Source of the DNA: a virus
Lineage: Duplodnaviria; Heunggongvirae; Uroviricota; Caudoviricetes
DNA: 46,728 nt
Strand: one strand, 5' to 3'
Virus record (IMG/VR): IMGVR_UViG_2568526103_000007
The translations under genes were made by a program, and so were the position numbers. Below are positions 31,245 through 40,584 of the stretch, piece after piece. The notes under the pieces were generated by a model. That model searched no databases and was not told the DNA's origin. It saw only the letters and a list, made by a program, of their open reading frames with translations. Within the stretch, counting starts at the first letter, position 1. Every line of letters starts with the position of its first letter.

Positions 31245-32270
31245 ATGTCGATGTACACAACCGCCCAGCTGCTGGCGGCAAATGAGCAGAAATTTAAGTT
31301 TGATCCGCTGTTTCTGCGTCTCTTTTTCCGTGAGAGCTATCCCTTCACCACGGAGAAAGTCTATCTCTCACAAATTCCGGGACTGGTAAACATGGCGCTG
31401 TACGTTTCGCCGATTGTTTCCGGTGAGGTTATCCGTTCCCGTGGCGGCTCCACCTCTGAATTTACGCCGGGATATGTCAAGCCGAAGCATGAAGTGAATC
31501 CGCAGATGACCCTGCGTCGCCTGCCGGATGAAGATCCGCAGAATCTGGTGGACCCGGCTTACCGCCGCCGTCGCATCATCATGCAGAACATGCGTGACGA
31601 AGAGCTGGCCATTGCTCAGGTCGAAGAGATGCAGGCAGTTTCTGCCGTGCTTAAGGGCAAATACACCATGACCGGTGAAGCCTTCGATCCGGTTGAGGTG
31701 GATATGGGCCGCAGTGAGGAGAATAACATCACGCAGTCCGGCGGCACGGAGTGGAGCAAGCGTGACAAGTCCACGTATGACCCGACCGACGATATCGAAG
31801 CCTACGCGCTGAACGCCAGCGGTGTGGTGAATATCATCGTGTTCGATCCGAAAGGCTGGGCGCTGTTCCGTTCCTTCAAAGCCGTCAAGGAGAAGCTGGA
31901 TACCCGTCGTGGTTCTAATTCCGAGCTGGAGACAGCGGTGAAAGACCTGGGTAAAGCGGTGTCCTATAAGGGGATGTATGGCGATGTGGCCATCGTCGTG
32001 TATTCCGGACAGTACGTGGAAAACGGCGTCAAAAAGAACTTCCTGCCGGACAACACGATGGTGCTGGGGAACACTCAGGCACGCGGTCTGCGCACCTATG
32101 GCTGCATTCAGGATGCGGACGCACAGCTCGAAGGCATTAACGCCTCTGCCCGTTACCCGAAAAACTGGGTGACCACCGGCGATCCGGCGCGTGAGTTCAC
32201 CATGATTCAGTCAGCACCGCTGATGCTGCTGGCTGACCCTGATGAGTTCGTGTCCGTACAACTGGCGTAA
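31245..32270 (+). CDS. E: Major capsid protein E
   Basis: 341 aa from MSMYTTAQLLAANEQKFKFDPLFLRLFFRESYPF..., lambda gpE. Confidence 0.95.
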   Translation: MSMYTTAQLLAANEQKFKFDPLFLRLFFRESYPFTTEKVYLSQIPGLVNMALYVSPIVSGEVIRSRGGSTSEFTPGYVKPKHEVNPQMTLRRLPDEDPQNLVDPAYRRRRIIMQNMRDEELAIAQVEEMQAVSAVLKGKYTMTGEAFDPVEVDMGRSEENNITQSGGTEWSKRDKSTYDPTDDIEAYALNASGVVNIIVFDPKGWALFRSFKAVKEKLDTRRGSNSELETAVKDLGKAVSYKGMYGDVAIVVYSGQYVENGVKKNFLPDNTMVLGNTQARGLRTYGCIQDADAQLEGINASARYPKNWVTTGDPAREFTMIQSAPLMLLADPDEFVSVQLA

Positions 32271-32311
32271 TCATGGCCCTTCGGGGCCATTGTTTCTCTG
32301 TGGAGGAGTCC

Positions 32312-32710
32312 ATGACGAAAGATGAACTGATTGCCCGTCTCCGCTCGCTGGGTGAACAACTGAACCGTGATGTCAGCCTGACGGGGACGAAAGAAGAACT
32401 GGCGCTCCGTGTGGCAGAGCTGGAAGAGGAGCTTGATGACACGGATGAAACTGCCGGTCAGGACACCCCTCTCAGCCGGGAAAATGTGCTGACCGGACAT
32501 GAAAATGAGGTGGGATCAGCGCAGCCGGATACCGTGATTCTGGATACGTCTGAACTGGTCACGGTCGTGGCACTGGTGACGCTGCATACTGATGCACTTC
32601 ACGCCACGCGGGATGAACCTGTGGCATTTGTGCTTCCGGGAACGGCGTTCCGTGTCTCTGCCGGTGTGGCAGCCGAAATGACAGAACGTGGCCTGGCCAG
32701 AATGCAATAA
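32312..32710 (+). CDS. FI: DNA-packaging protein FI
   Basis: 132 aa from MTKDELIARLRSLGEQLNRDVSLTGTKEELALRVAELEEEL..., lambda gpFI. Confidence 0.9.
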   Translation: MTKDELIARLRSLGEQLNRDVSLTGTKEELALRVAELEEELDDTDETAGQDTPLSRENVLTGHENEVGSAQPDTVILDTSELVTVVALVTLHTDALHATRDEPVAFVLPGTAFRVSAGVAAEMTERGLARMQ

Positions 32711-32721
32711 CGGGAGGCGCT

Positions 32722-33075
32722 GTGGCTGATTTCGATAACCTGTTCGATGCTGCCATTGTCCGCGCCGATGAAACGATACGCGGGTACATGGGAACGTCAG
32801 CCACCATGACATCCGGTGAGCAGTCCGGCGCAGTAATACGTGGTGTTTTTGATGACCCTGAAAATATCAGCTATGCCGGACAGGGCGTGCGCGTTGAAGG
32901 CTCCAGCCCGTCCCTGTTTGTCCGGACTGATGATGTGCGGCAGCTGCGGCGCGGCGACACGCTGACCATCGGTGAGGAAAACTTCTGGATAGACCGGATT
33001 TCGACGGATGATGGCGGAAGCTGTCATCTCTGGCTTGGGCGTGGCGTGCCGCCTGCCGTTAACCGTCGTCGCTGA
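32722..33075 (+). CDS. FII: Head-tail connector protein FII
   Basis: 117-aa ORF, lambda gpFII. Confidence 0.9.
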   Translation: MADFDNLFDAAIVRADETIRGYMGTSATMTSGEQSGAVIRGVFDDPENISYAGQGVRVEGSSPSLFVRTDDVRQLRRGDTLTIGEENFWIDRISTDDGGSCHLWLGRGVPPAVNRRR

Positions 33076-33086
33076 AGGGGGGATGT

Positions 33087-33665
33087 ATGGCCATAAAAGG
33101 TCTTGAGCAGGCCGTTGAAAACCTCAGCCGTATCAGCAGAACGGCGGTGCCCGGTGCCGCCGCAATGGCCATTAACCGCGTTGCTTCATCCGCGATATCG
33201 CAGTCGGCGTCACAGGTTGCCCGTGAGACAAAGGTACGCCGGAAACTGGTAAAGGAAAGGGCCAGGCTGAAAAGGGCCACGGTCAAAAATCCGCAGGCCA
33301 GAATCAAGGTTAACCGGGGGGATTTGCCCGTAATCAGGCTGGGTAACGCGCGGGTTGTCCTGTCCCGACGCAGGCGTCGTAAAAAGGGGCAGCGTTCATC
33401 CCTGAAAGGTGGCGACAGCGTGCTTGTGGTGGGAAACCGTCGTATTCCCGGCGCGTTTATTCAGCAACTGAAAAATGGCCGATGGCATGTCATGCAGCGT
33501 GTGGCCGGGAAAAACCGTTACCCCATTGATGTGGTGAAAATCCCGATGGCAGTGCCGCTGACCACGGCGTTTAAACAGAATATTGAGCGGATACGGCGTG
33601 AACGTCTTCCGAAAGAGCTGGGCTATGCGCTGCAGCATCAACTGAGGATGGTAATAAAGCGATGA
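33087..33665 (+). CDS. Z: Tail completion protein Z
   Basis: 192-aa ORF, lambda gpZ. Confidence 0.9.
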   Translation: MAIKGLEQAVENLSRISRTAVPGAAAMAINRVASSAISQSASQVARETKVRRKLVKERARLKRATVKNPQARIKVNRGDLPVIRLGNARVVLSRRRRRKKGQRSSLKGGDSVLVVGNRRIPGAFIQQLKNGRWHVMQRVAGKNRYPIDVVKIPMAVPLTTAFKQNIERIRRERLPKELGYALQHQLRMVIKR

Positions 33666-34057
33666 AACATACAGAACTCCGTGCAGCCGTACTGGATGCA
33701 CTGGAAAAACATGACACCGGGGCGACGCTTTTTGATGGTCGCCCCGCTGTTTTTGATGAGGAGGATTTTCCGGCAGTTGCCGTTTATCTCACCGGCGCTG
33801 AATACACGGGCGAAGAGCTGGACAGCGATACCTGGCAGGCGGAGCTGCATATTGAAGTTTTCCTGCCTGCTCAGGTGCCGGATTCAGAGCTGGATTCGTG
33901 GATGGAGTCCCGGATTTATCCGGTGATGAGCGATGTCCCGGCACTGTCAGATTTGATCACCAGTATGGTGGCCAGTGGCTATGACTACCGGCGCGACGAT
34001 GATGCGGGCCTGTGGAGTTCAGCCGATCTGACTTATGTCATTACCTATGAAATGTGA
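33662..34057 (+). CDS. U: Tail terminator protein U
   Basis: 131-aa ORF, lambda gpU. Confidence 0.9.
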   Translation: MKHTELRAAVLDALEKHDTGATLFDGRPAVFDEEDFPAVAVYLTGAEYTGEELDSDTWQAELHIEVFLPAQVPDSELDSWMESRIYPVMSDVPALSDLITSMVASGYDYRRDDDAGLWSSADLTYVITYEM

Positions 34058-34064
34058 GGACGAT

Positions 34065-34805
34065 ATGCCTGTACCAAATCCAGTAATGCCGGTGAAAGGG
34101 GCCGGGACCACCCTGTGGGTTTATAAGGGGAACGGTGACCCTTATGCGAACCCGCTTTCAGACGTTGACTGGTCGCGTCTGGCTAAAGTTAAAGACCTGA
34201 CGCCCGGCGAACTGAGCGCTGAGTCCTATGACGACAGCTATCTCGATGATGAAGATGCGGACTGGACTGCGACCGGGCAGGGGCAGAAATCTGCCGGAGA
34301 TACCAGCTTCACGCTGGCGTGGATGCCCGGAGAGCAGGGGCAGCAGGCGCTGCTGGCGTGGTTTAATGAAGGGGATACCCGTGCCTATAAAATCCGCTTC
34401 CCGAACGGCACGGTCGATGTGTTCCGCGGCTGGGTCAGCAGTATCGGTAAGGCGGTGACGGCGAAGGAAGTGATCACCCGCACGGTGAAAGTCACCAACG
34501 TGGGACGTCCGTCGATGGCAGAAGATCGCAGCACGGTGACGGCGACAACCGGCATGACGGTGACACCCGCCAGTGCTTCCGTAGTGAAAGGGCAGAGCAC
34601 TACGCTGACCGTGGCATTCCAGCCGGAGGGCGCAACCGACAAGAGCTTCCGTGCGGTGTCTGCGGATAAAACAAAAGCCACCGTGTCGGTCAGCGGTATG
34701 ACCATCACCGTGAACGGCGTTGCTGCAGGCAAGGTCAACATTCCGGTTGTATCCGGTAATGGTGAGTTTGCTGCGGTTGCAGAAATCACCGTCACCGCCA
34801 GTTAA
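34065..34805 (+). CDS. V: Major tail tube protein V (with C-terminal Ig-like domain)
   Basis: 246 aa from [36 protein letters not shown]..., lambda gpV. Confidence 0.95.
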   Translation: MPVPNPVMPVKGAGTTLWVYKGNGDPYANPLSDVDWSRLAKVKDLTPGELSAESYDDSYLDDEDADWTATGQGQKSAGDTSFTLAWMPGEQGQQALLAWFNEGDTRAYKIRFPNGTVDVFRGWVSSIGKAVTAKEVITRTVKVTNVGRPSMAEDRSTVTATTGMTVTPASASVVKGQSTTLTVAFQPEGATDKSFRAVSADKTKATVSVSGMTITVNGVAAGKVNIPVVSGNGEFAAVAEITVTAS

Positions 34806-34820
34806 TCCGGAGAGTCAGCG

Positions 34821-35243
34821 ATGTTCCTGAAAACCGAATCATTTGAATATAACGGCGTGACCGTCACGCTTTCTGAACTGTCAGCCCTGCAGCGTATTGA
34901 GCATCTTGCCCTGATGAAACGGCAGGCAGAACCGGCGGGATCCGACAGCAACCGGCAGGTTACTGTGGAAGACGTCATCAGAACCGGCGCGTTTCTGGTG
35001 GCGATGTCCCTGTGGCATAACCATCCGAAGAAGACGCAGATGCCGTCCATGAATGAAGCCGTTAAACAGATTGAGCAGGAAGTGCTTACCACCTGGCCCA
35101 CAGAGGCAATTTCTCATGCTGAAAACGTGGTGTACCGGCTGTCCGGTATGTATGAGTTTGTGGTGAATAATGCCCCCGAACAGGCAGAGGACGCCGGGCC
35201 TGCAGAGCCTGTTTCTGCGGGAAAGTGTTCGACGGTGAGCTGA
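34821..35243 (+). CDS. G: Tail assembly chaperone G
   Basis: 140-aa ORF, lambda gpG, ending ...SAGKCSTVS. Confidence 0.9.
   Translation: MFLKTESFEYNGVTVTLSELSALQRIEHLALMKRQAEPAGSDSNRQVTVEDVIRTGAFLVAMSLWHNHPKKTQMPSMNEAVKQIEQEVLTTWPTEAISHAENVVYRLSGMYEFVVNNAPEQAEDAGPAEPVSAGKCSTVS
35219..35225 (+). other. Programmed -1 ribosomal frameshift slippery heptamer G GGA AAG (G to G-T fusion)
   Basis: Heptamer read directly; the G frame stops 18 nt later while the -1 frame continues for 144 codons (T). Confidence 0.85.
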
Positions 35244-35659
35244 GTTTTGCCCTGAAACTGGCGCGTGAGATGGGGCGACCCGACTGGCGTGCCATGCTTG
35301 CCGGGATGTCATCCACGGAGTATGCCGACTGGCACCGCTTTTACAGTACCCATTATTTTCATGATGTTCTGCTGGATATGCACTTTTCCGGGCTGACGTA
35401 CACCGTGCTCAGCCTGTTTTTCAGCGATCCGGATATGCATCCGCTGGATTTCAGTCTGCTGAACCGGCGCGAGGCTGACGAAGAGCCTGAAGATGATGTG
35501 CTGATGCAGAAAGCGGCAGGGCTTGCCGGAGGTGTCCGCTTTGGCCCGGACGGGAATGAAGTTATCCCCGCTTCCCCGGATGTGGCGGACATGACGGAGG
35601 ATGACGTAATGCTGATGACAGTATCAGAAGGGATCGCAGGAGGAGTCCGGTATGGCTGA
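35225..35659 (+). CDS. T: Tail assembly protein T (made only as the G-T frameshift fusion)
   Basis: -1 frame relative to G, open from the slippery site; sequence FDGELSFALKLAREMGRPDWRAMLAGMSSTEYADWHRFY... matches lambda gpT. Confidence 0.85.
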   Translation: MFDGELSFALKLAREMGRPDWRAMLAGMSSTEYADWHRFYSTHYFHDVLLDMHFSGLTYTVLSLFFSDPDMHPLDFSLLNRREADEEPEDDVLMQKAAGLAGGVRFGPDGNEVIPASPDVADMTEDDVMLMTVSEGIAGGVRYG

Positions 35660-38213
35660 ACCGGTAGGCGATCTGGTCGTTGATTTGAGTCTGGATGCGG
35701 CCAGATTTGACGAGCAGATGGCCAGAGTCAGGCGTCATTTTTCCGGTACGGAAAGTGATGCGAAAAAAACAGCGGCAGTCGTTGAACAGTCGCTGAGCCG
35801 ACAGGCGCTGGCTGCACAGAAAGCGGGGATTTCCGTCGGGCAGTATAAAGCCGCCATGCGTATGCTGCCTGCACAGTTCACCGACGTGGCCACGCAGCTT
35901 GCAGGCGGGCAAAGTCCGTGGCTGATCCTGCTGCAACAGGGGGGGCAGGTGAAGGACTCCTTCGGCGGGATGATCCCCATGTTCAGGGGGCTTGCCGGTG
36001 CGATCACCCTGCCGATGGTGGGGGCCACCTCGCTGGCGGTGGCGACCGGTGCGCTGGCGTATGCCTGGTATCAGGGCAACTCAACCCTGTCCGATTTCAA
36101 CAAAACGCTGGTCCTTTCCGGCAATCAGGCGGGTCTGACGGCAGATCGTATGCTGGTCCTGTCCAGAGCCGGGCAGGCGGCAGGGCTGACGTTTAACCAG
36201 ACCAGCGAGTCACTCAGCGCACTGGTTAAGGCGGGGGTAAGCGGTGAGGCTCAGATTGCGTCCATCAGCCAGAGTGTGGCGCGTTTCTCCTCTGCATCCG
36301 GCGTGGAGGTGGACAAGGTCGCTGAAGCCTTCGGGAAGCTGACCACAGACCCGACGTCGGGGCTGACGGCGATGGCACGCCAGTTCCATAACGTGACGGC
36401 GGAGCAGATTGCGTATGTTGCTCAGTTGCAGCGTTCCGGCGATGAAGCCGGGGCATTGCAGGCGGCGAACGAGGCCGCAACGAAAGGGTTTGATGACCAG
36501 ACCCGCCGCCTGAAAGAGAACATGGGCACGCTGGAGACCTGGGCAGACAGGACTGCGCGGGCATTCAAATCCATGTGGGATGCGGTGCTGGATATTGGTC
36601 GTCCTGATACCGCGCAGGAGATGCTGATTAAGGCAGAGGCTGCGTTTAAGAAAGCAGACGACATCTGGAATCTGCGCAAGGATGATTATTTTGTTAACGA
36701 TGAAGCGCGGGCGCGTTACTGGGATGATCGTGAAAAGGCCCGTCTTGCGCTTGAAGCCGCCCGAAAGAAGGCTGAACAGCAGAGTCAACAGGACAAAAAT
36801 GCGCAGCAGCAGAGCGATACCGAAGCGTCACGGCTGAAATATACCGAAGAGGCGCAGAAGGCTTACGAACGGCTGCAGACGCCGCTGGAGAAATATGCCG
36901 CCCGTCAGGAAGAACTGAATAAGGCCCTGAAAGACGGAAAAATCCTGCAGGCAGATTACAACACGCTGATGGCGGCAGCGAAAAAGGACTATGAAACGAC
37001 ACTGAAAAAGCCGAAGCAGTCCGGCGTGAAGGTGTCTGCGGGCGATCGTCAGGAAGACAGTGCTCATGCTGCCCTGCTGACGCTTCAGGCTGAACTCCGG
37101 ACGCTGGAGAAGCATGCCGGAGCAAATGAGAAAATCAGCCAGCAGCGCCGGGATTTGTGGAAGGCGGAGAGTCAGTTCGCGGTACTGGAGGAGGCGGCGC
37201 AACGTCGCCAGCTGTCTGTACAGGAGAAATCCCTGCTGGCGCATAAAGATGAGACGCTGGAGTACAAACGCCAGCTGGCTGCACTTGGCGACAAGGTTAC
37301 GTATCAGGAGCGCCTGAACGCGCTGGCGCAGCAGGCGGATAAATTCGCACAGCAGCAACGGGCAAAACGGGCCGCCATTGATGCGAAAAGCCGGGGGCTG
37401 ACTGACCGGCAGGCAGAACGGGAAGCCACGGAACAGCGCCTGAAGGAACAGTATGGCGATAATCCGCTGGCGCTGAATAACGTCATGTCAGAGCAGAAAA
37501 AGACCTGGGCGGCTGAAGACCAGCTTCGCGGGAACTGGATGGCAGGCCTGAAGTCCGGCTGGAGTGAGTGGGAAGAGAGCGCCACGGACAGTATGTCGCA
37601 GGTAAAAAGTGCAGCCACGCAGACCTTTGATGGTATTGCACAGAATATGGCGGCGATGCTGACCGGCAGTGAGCAGAACTGGCGCAGCTTCACCCGTTCC
37701 GTGCTGTCCATGATGACAGAAATTCTGCTTAAGCAGGCAATGGTGGGGATTGTCGGGAGTATCGGCAGCGCCATTGGCGGGGCTGTTGGTGGCGGCGCAT
37801 CCGCGTCAGGCGGTACAGCCATTCAGGCCGCTGCGGCGAAATTCCATTTTGCAACCGGAGGATTTACGGGAACCGGCGGCAAATATGAGCCAGCGGGGAT
37901 TGTTCACCGTGGTGAGTTTGTCTTCACGAAGGAGGCAACCAGCCGGATTGGCGTGGGGAATCTTTACCGGCTGATGCGCGGCTATGCCACCGGCGGTTAT
38001 GTCGGTACACCGGGCAGCATGGCAGACAGCCGGTCGCAGGCGTCCGGGACGTTTGAGCAGAATAACCATGTGGTGATTAACAACGACGGCACGAACGGGC
38101 AGATAGGTCCGGCTGCTCTGAAGGCGGTGTATGACATGGCCCGCAAGGGTGCCCGTGATGAAATTCAGACACAGATGCGTGATGGTGGCCTGTTCTCCGG
38201 AGGTGGACGATGA
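35652..38213 (+). CDS. H: Tail tape-measure protein H
   Basis: 853-aa ORF, lambda gpH length and sequence. Confidence 0.95.
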   Translation: MAEPVGDLVVDLSLDAARFDEQMARVRRHFSGTESDAKKTAAVVEQSLSRQALAAQKAGISVGQYKAAMRMLPAQFTDVATQLAGGQSPWLILLQQGGQVKDSFGGMIPMFRGLAGAITLPMVGATSLAVATGALAYAWYQGNSTLSDFNKTLVLSGNQAGLTADRMLVLSRAGQAAGLTFNQTSESLSALVKAGVSGEAQIASISQSVARFSSASGVEVDKVAEAFGKLTTDPTSGLTAMARQFHNVTAEQIAYVAQLQRSGDEAGALQAANEAATKGFDDQTRRLKENMGTLETWADRTARAFKSMWDAVLDIGRPDTAQEMLIKAEAAFKKADDIWNLRKDDYFVNDEARARYWDDREKARLALEAARKKAEQQSQQDKNAQQQSDTEASRLKYTEEAQKAYERLQTPLEKYAARQEELNKALKDGKILQADYNTLMAAAKKDYETTLKKPKQSGVKVSAGDRQEDSAHAALLTLQAELRTLEKHAGANEKISQQRRDLWKAESQFAVLEEAAQRRQLSVQEKSLLAHKDETLEYKRQLAALGDKVTYQERLNALAQQADKFAQQQRAKRAAIDAKSRGLTDRQAEREATEQRLKEQYGDNPLALNNVMSEQKKTWAAEDQLRGNWMAGLKSGWSEWEESATDSMSQVKSAATQTFDGIAQNMAAMLTGSEQNWRSFTRSVLSMMTEILLKQAMVGIVGSIGSAIGGAVGGGASASGGTAIQAAAAKFHFATGGFTGTGGKYEPAGIVHRGEFVFTKEATSRIGVGNLYRLMRGYATGGYVGTPGSMADSRSQASGTFEQNNHVVINNDGTNGQIGPAALKAVYDMARKGARDEIQTQMRDGGLFSGGGR

Positions 38214-38539
38214 AGACCTTCCGCTGGAAAGTGAAACCCGGTATGGATGTGGCTTCGGTCCCTTCTGTAAGAAAGGTGCGCTTTGGTGATGGCTATTCTC
38301 AGCGAGCGCCTGCCGGGCTGAATGCCAACCTGAAAACGTACAGCGTGACGCTTTCTGTCCCCCGTGAGGAGGCCACGGTACTGGAGTCGTTTCTGGAAGA
38401 GCACGGGGGCTGGAAATCCTTTCTGTGGACGCCGCCTTATGAGTGGCAGCAGATAAAGGTGACCTGCGCAAAATGGTCGTCGCGGGTCAGTATGCTGCGT
38501 GTTGAGTTCAGCGCAGAGTTTGAACAGGTGGTGAACTGA
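38210..38539 (+). CDS. M: Tail tip protein M
   Basis: 109-aa ORF, lambda gpM. Confidence 0.9.
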   Translation: MKTFRWKVKPGMDVASVPSVRKVRFGDGYSQRAPAGLNANLKTYSVTLSVPREEATVLESFLEEHGGWKSFLWTPPYEWQQIKVTCAKWSSRVSMLRVEFSAEFEQVVN

Positions 38540-39237
38540 TGCAGGATATCCGGCAGGAAACACTGAATGAATGCACCCGTGCGGAGCAGTCGGCCAGCGT
38601 GGTGCTCTGGGAAATCGACCTGACAGAGGTCGGTGGAGAACGTTATTTTTTCTGTAATGAGCAGAACGAAAAAGGTGAGCCGGTCACCTGGCAGGGGCGA
38701 CAGTATCAGCCGTATCCCATTCAGGGGAGCGGTTTTGAACTGAATGGCAAAGGCACCAGTACGCGCCCCACGCTGACGGTTTCTAACCTGTACGGTATGG
38801 TCACCGGGATGGCGGAAGATCTGCAGAGTCTGGTCGGCGGAACGGTGGTCCGGCGTAAGGTTTACGCCCGTTTTCTGGATGCGGTGAACTTCGTCAACGG
38901 AAACAGTTATGCCGATCCGGAGCAGGAGGTGATCAGCCGCTGGCGCATTGAGCAGTGCAGCGAACTGAGCGCGGTGAGTGCCTCCTTTGTACTGTCCACG
39001 CCGACGGAAACGGATGGCGCTGTTTTTCCGGGACGTATCATGCTGGCCAACACCTGCACCTGGACCTATCGCGGTGACGAGTGCGGTTATAGCGGTCCGG
39101 CTGTCGCGGATGAATATGACCAGCCAACGTCCGATATCACGAAGGATAAATGCAGCAAATGCCTGAGCGGTTGTAAGTTCCGCAATAACGTCGGCAACTT
39201 TGGCGGCTTCCTTTCCATTAACAAACTTTCGCAGTAA
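38539..39237 (+). CDS. L: Tail tip protein L
   Basis: 232-aa ORF, lambda gpL. Confidence 0.9.
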   Translation: MQDIRQETLNECTRAEQSASVVLWEIDLTEVGGERYFFCNEQNEKGEPVTWQGRQYQPYPIQGSGFELNGKGTSTRPTLTVSNLYGMVTGMAEDLQSLVGGTVVRRKVYARFLDAVNFVNGNSYADPEQEVISRWRIEQCSELSAVSASFVLSTPTETDGAVFPGRIMLANTCTWTYRGDECGYSGPAVADEYDQPTSDITKDKCSKCLSGCKFRNNVGNFGGFLSINKLSQ

Positions 39238-39241
39238 TCCC

Positions 39242-39985
39242 ATGACACAGACAGAATCAGCGATTCTGGCGCACGCCCGGCGATGTGCGCCAGCGGAGTC
39301 GTGTGGCTTCGTGGTGAGAACGCCGAAGGGGGAAAGATATTTTCCCTGCGTGAATATCTCCGGTGAGCCGGAGGCGTATTTCCGGATGTCGCCGGAGGAC
39401 TGGCTGCGGGCAGAGATGCAGGGTGAGATTGTGGCGCTGGTCCACAGCCACCCCGGTGGTCTGCCCTGGCTGAGTGAGGCTGACAGGCGGCTGCAGGTGC
39501 AGAGCGATTTGCCGTGGTGGCTGGTCTGCCGGGGTGAGATTCATAAATTCCGCTGTGTGCCGCATCTTACCGGGCGGTGCTTTGAGCACGGGGTGACGGA
39601 CTGTTACACGCTGTTCCGGGATGCTTATCATCTGGCGGGGATTGAGATGCCGGATTTTCATCGCGGGGATGACTGGTGGCGTCACGGTCAGAATCTCTAT
39701 CTGGATAATCTGGAGGCCACAGGGCTGTATCAGGTGCCGTTGTCATCAGCACAACCGGGCGATGTGCTGCTGTGCTGTTTTGGTTCATCGGTGCCGAATC
39801 ATGCCGCCATTTACTGTGGTGATGGCGAGCTGCTGCACCATATTCCTGAACAACTGAGCAAACGAGAGAGGTATACCGACAAATGGCAGCGACGCACACA
39901 CTCCCTCTGGCGTCACCGGGCATGGCGCGCATCTGCCTTTACGGGGATTTACAACGATTTGGCCGCCGCATCGACCTTCGTGTGA
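39242..39985 (+). CDS. K: Tail tip assembly protein K
   Basis: ORF between L and I, overlapping I by ~100 nt as in lambda; start taken at the first ATG after the L stop (MTQTESAILAHARRCAPAESCGFVV); the HSHPGG segment suggests a JAB/MPN-type domain. Confidence 0.8.
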   Translation: MTQTESAILAHARRCAPAESCGFVVRTPKGERYFPCVNISGEPEAYFRMSPEDWLRAEMQGEIVALVHSHPGGLPWLSEADRRLQVQSDLPWWLVCRGEIHKFRCVPHLTGRCFEHGVTDCYTLFRDAYHLAGIEMPDFHRGDDWWRHGQNLYLDNLEATGLYQVPLSSAQPGDVLLCCFGSSVPNHAAIYCGDGELLHHIPEQLSKRERYTDKWQRRTHSLWRHRAWRASAFTGIYNDLAAASTFV

Positions 39986-40524
39986 AAACGGGGGCTGAAG
40001 CCATCCGGGCGCTGGCCACACAGCTCCCGGCGTTTCGTCAGAAACTGAGCGACGGCTGGTATCAGGTACGGATTGCCGGGCGTGATACAGGTGAAACGGA
40101 ATTATCAGCCCGTCTTAATGAACCGCTGGCAAATGGTGCTGTGATCCATATCGTGCCGCGTCTGGCAGGAGCCAAAAGTGGCGGTGTGTTTCAGGCTGTG
40201 CTGGGGGCGGCTGTTATGGCGGTTGCTATATGGATGCCGGGGGTAGGAATTATGGCGAGTAATCTGCTGTTTTCTCTCGGTGCCAGTATGACGCTTGGCG
40301 GTGTTGCACAGATGCTGGCCCCTAAACCCAGAACCCCCCGCACACAGACAACGGATAACGGCAAACAGAACACCTATTTTTCTTCACTGGATAATATGGT
40401 TGCCCAGGGCAATGTTCTGCCCGTTCTGTACGGTGAAATGCGCGTGGGATCACGTGTGGTATCTCAGGAGATCAGCACAGCAGATGAAGGTGATGGTGGT
40501 CAGGTTGTGGTGATTGGTCGCTGA
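39883..40524 (+). CDS. I: Tail tip assembly protein I
   Basis: 213-aa ORF starting MAATHTLPLASPGMARICLYGDLQRFGRRIDLRVKTGAEAIRALATQLPAFRQKL as lambda gpI; the central segment appears to differ from lambda. Confidence 0.85.
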   Translation: MAATHTLPLASPGMARICLYGDLQRFGRRIDLRVKTGAEAIRALATQLPAFRQKLSDGWYQVRIAGRDTGETELSARLNEPLANGAVIHIVPRLAGAKSGGVFQAVLGAAVMAVAIWMPGVGIMASNLLFSLGASMTLGGVAQMLAPKPRTPRTQTTDNGKQNTYFSSLDNMVAQGNVLPVLYGEMRVGSRVVSQEISTADEGDGGQVVVIGR

Positions 40525-40584
40525 TGAAAAACGTTTTATGTGAAACCGCCTCCGGGCGGTTTTATCGTTTATGGAGCATGACGA

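Noticed and set aside
36210-38471. Series of 140-220-aa ORFs antisense to the tape-measure gene H
   Set aside because: Same reasoning: antisense to a gene confirmed by length and sequence identity with lambda H; proline/arginine-rich translations typical of antisense GC-rich DNA.
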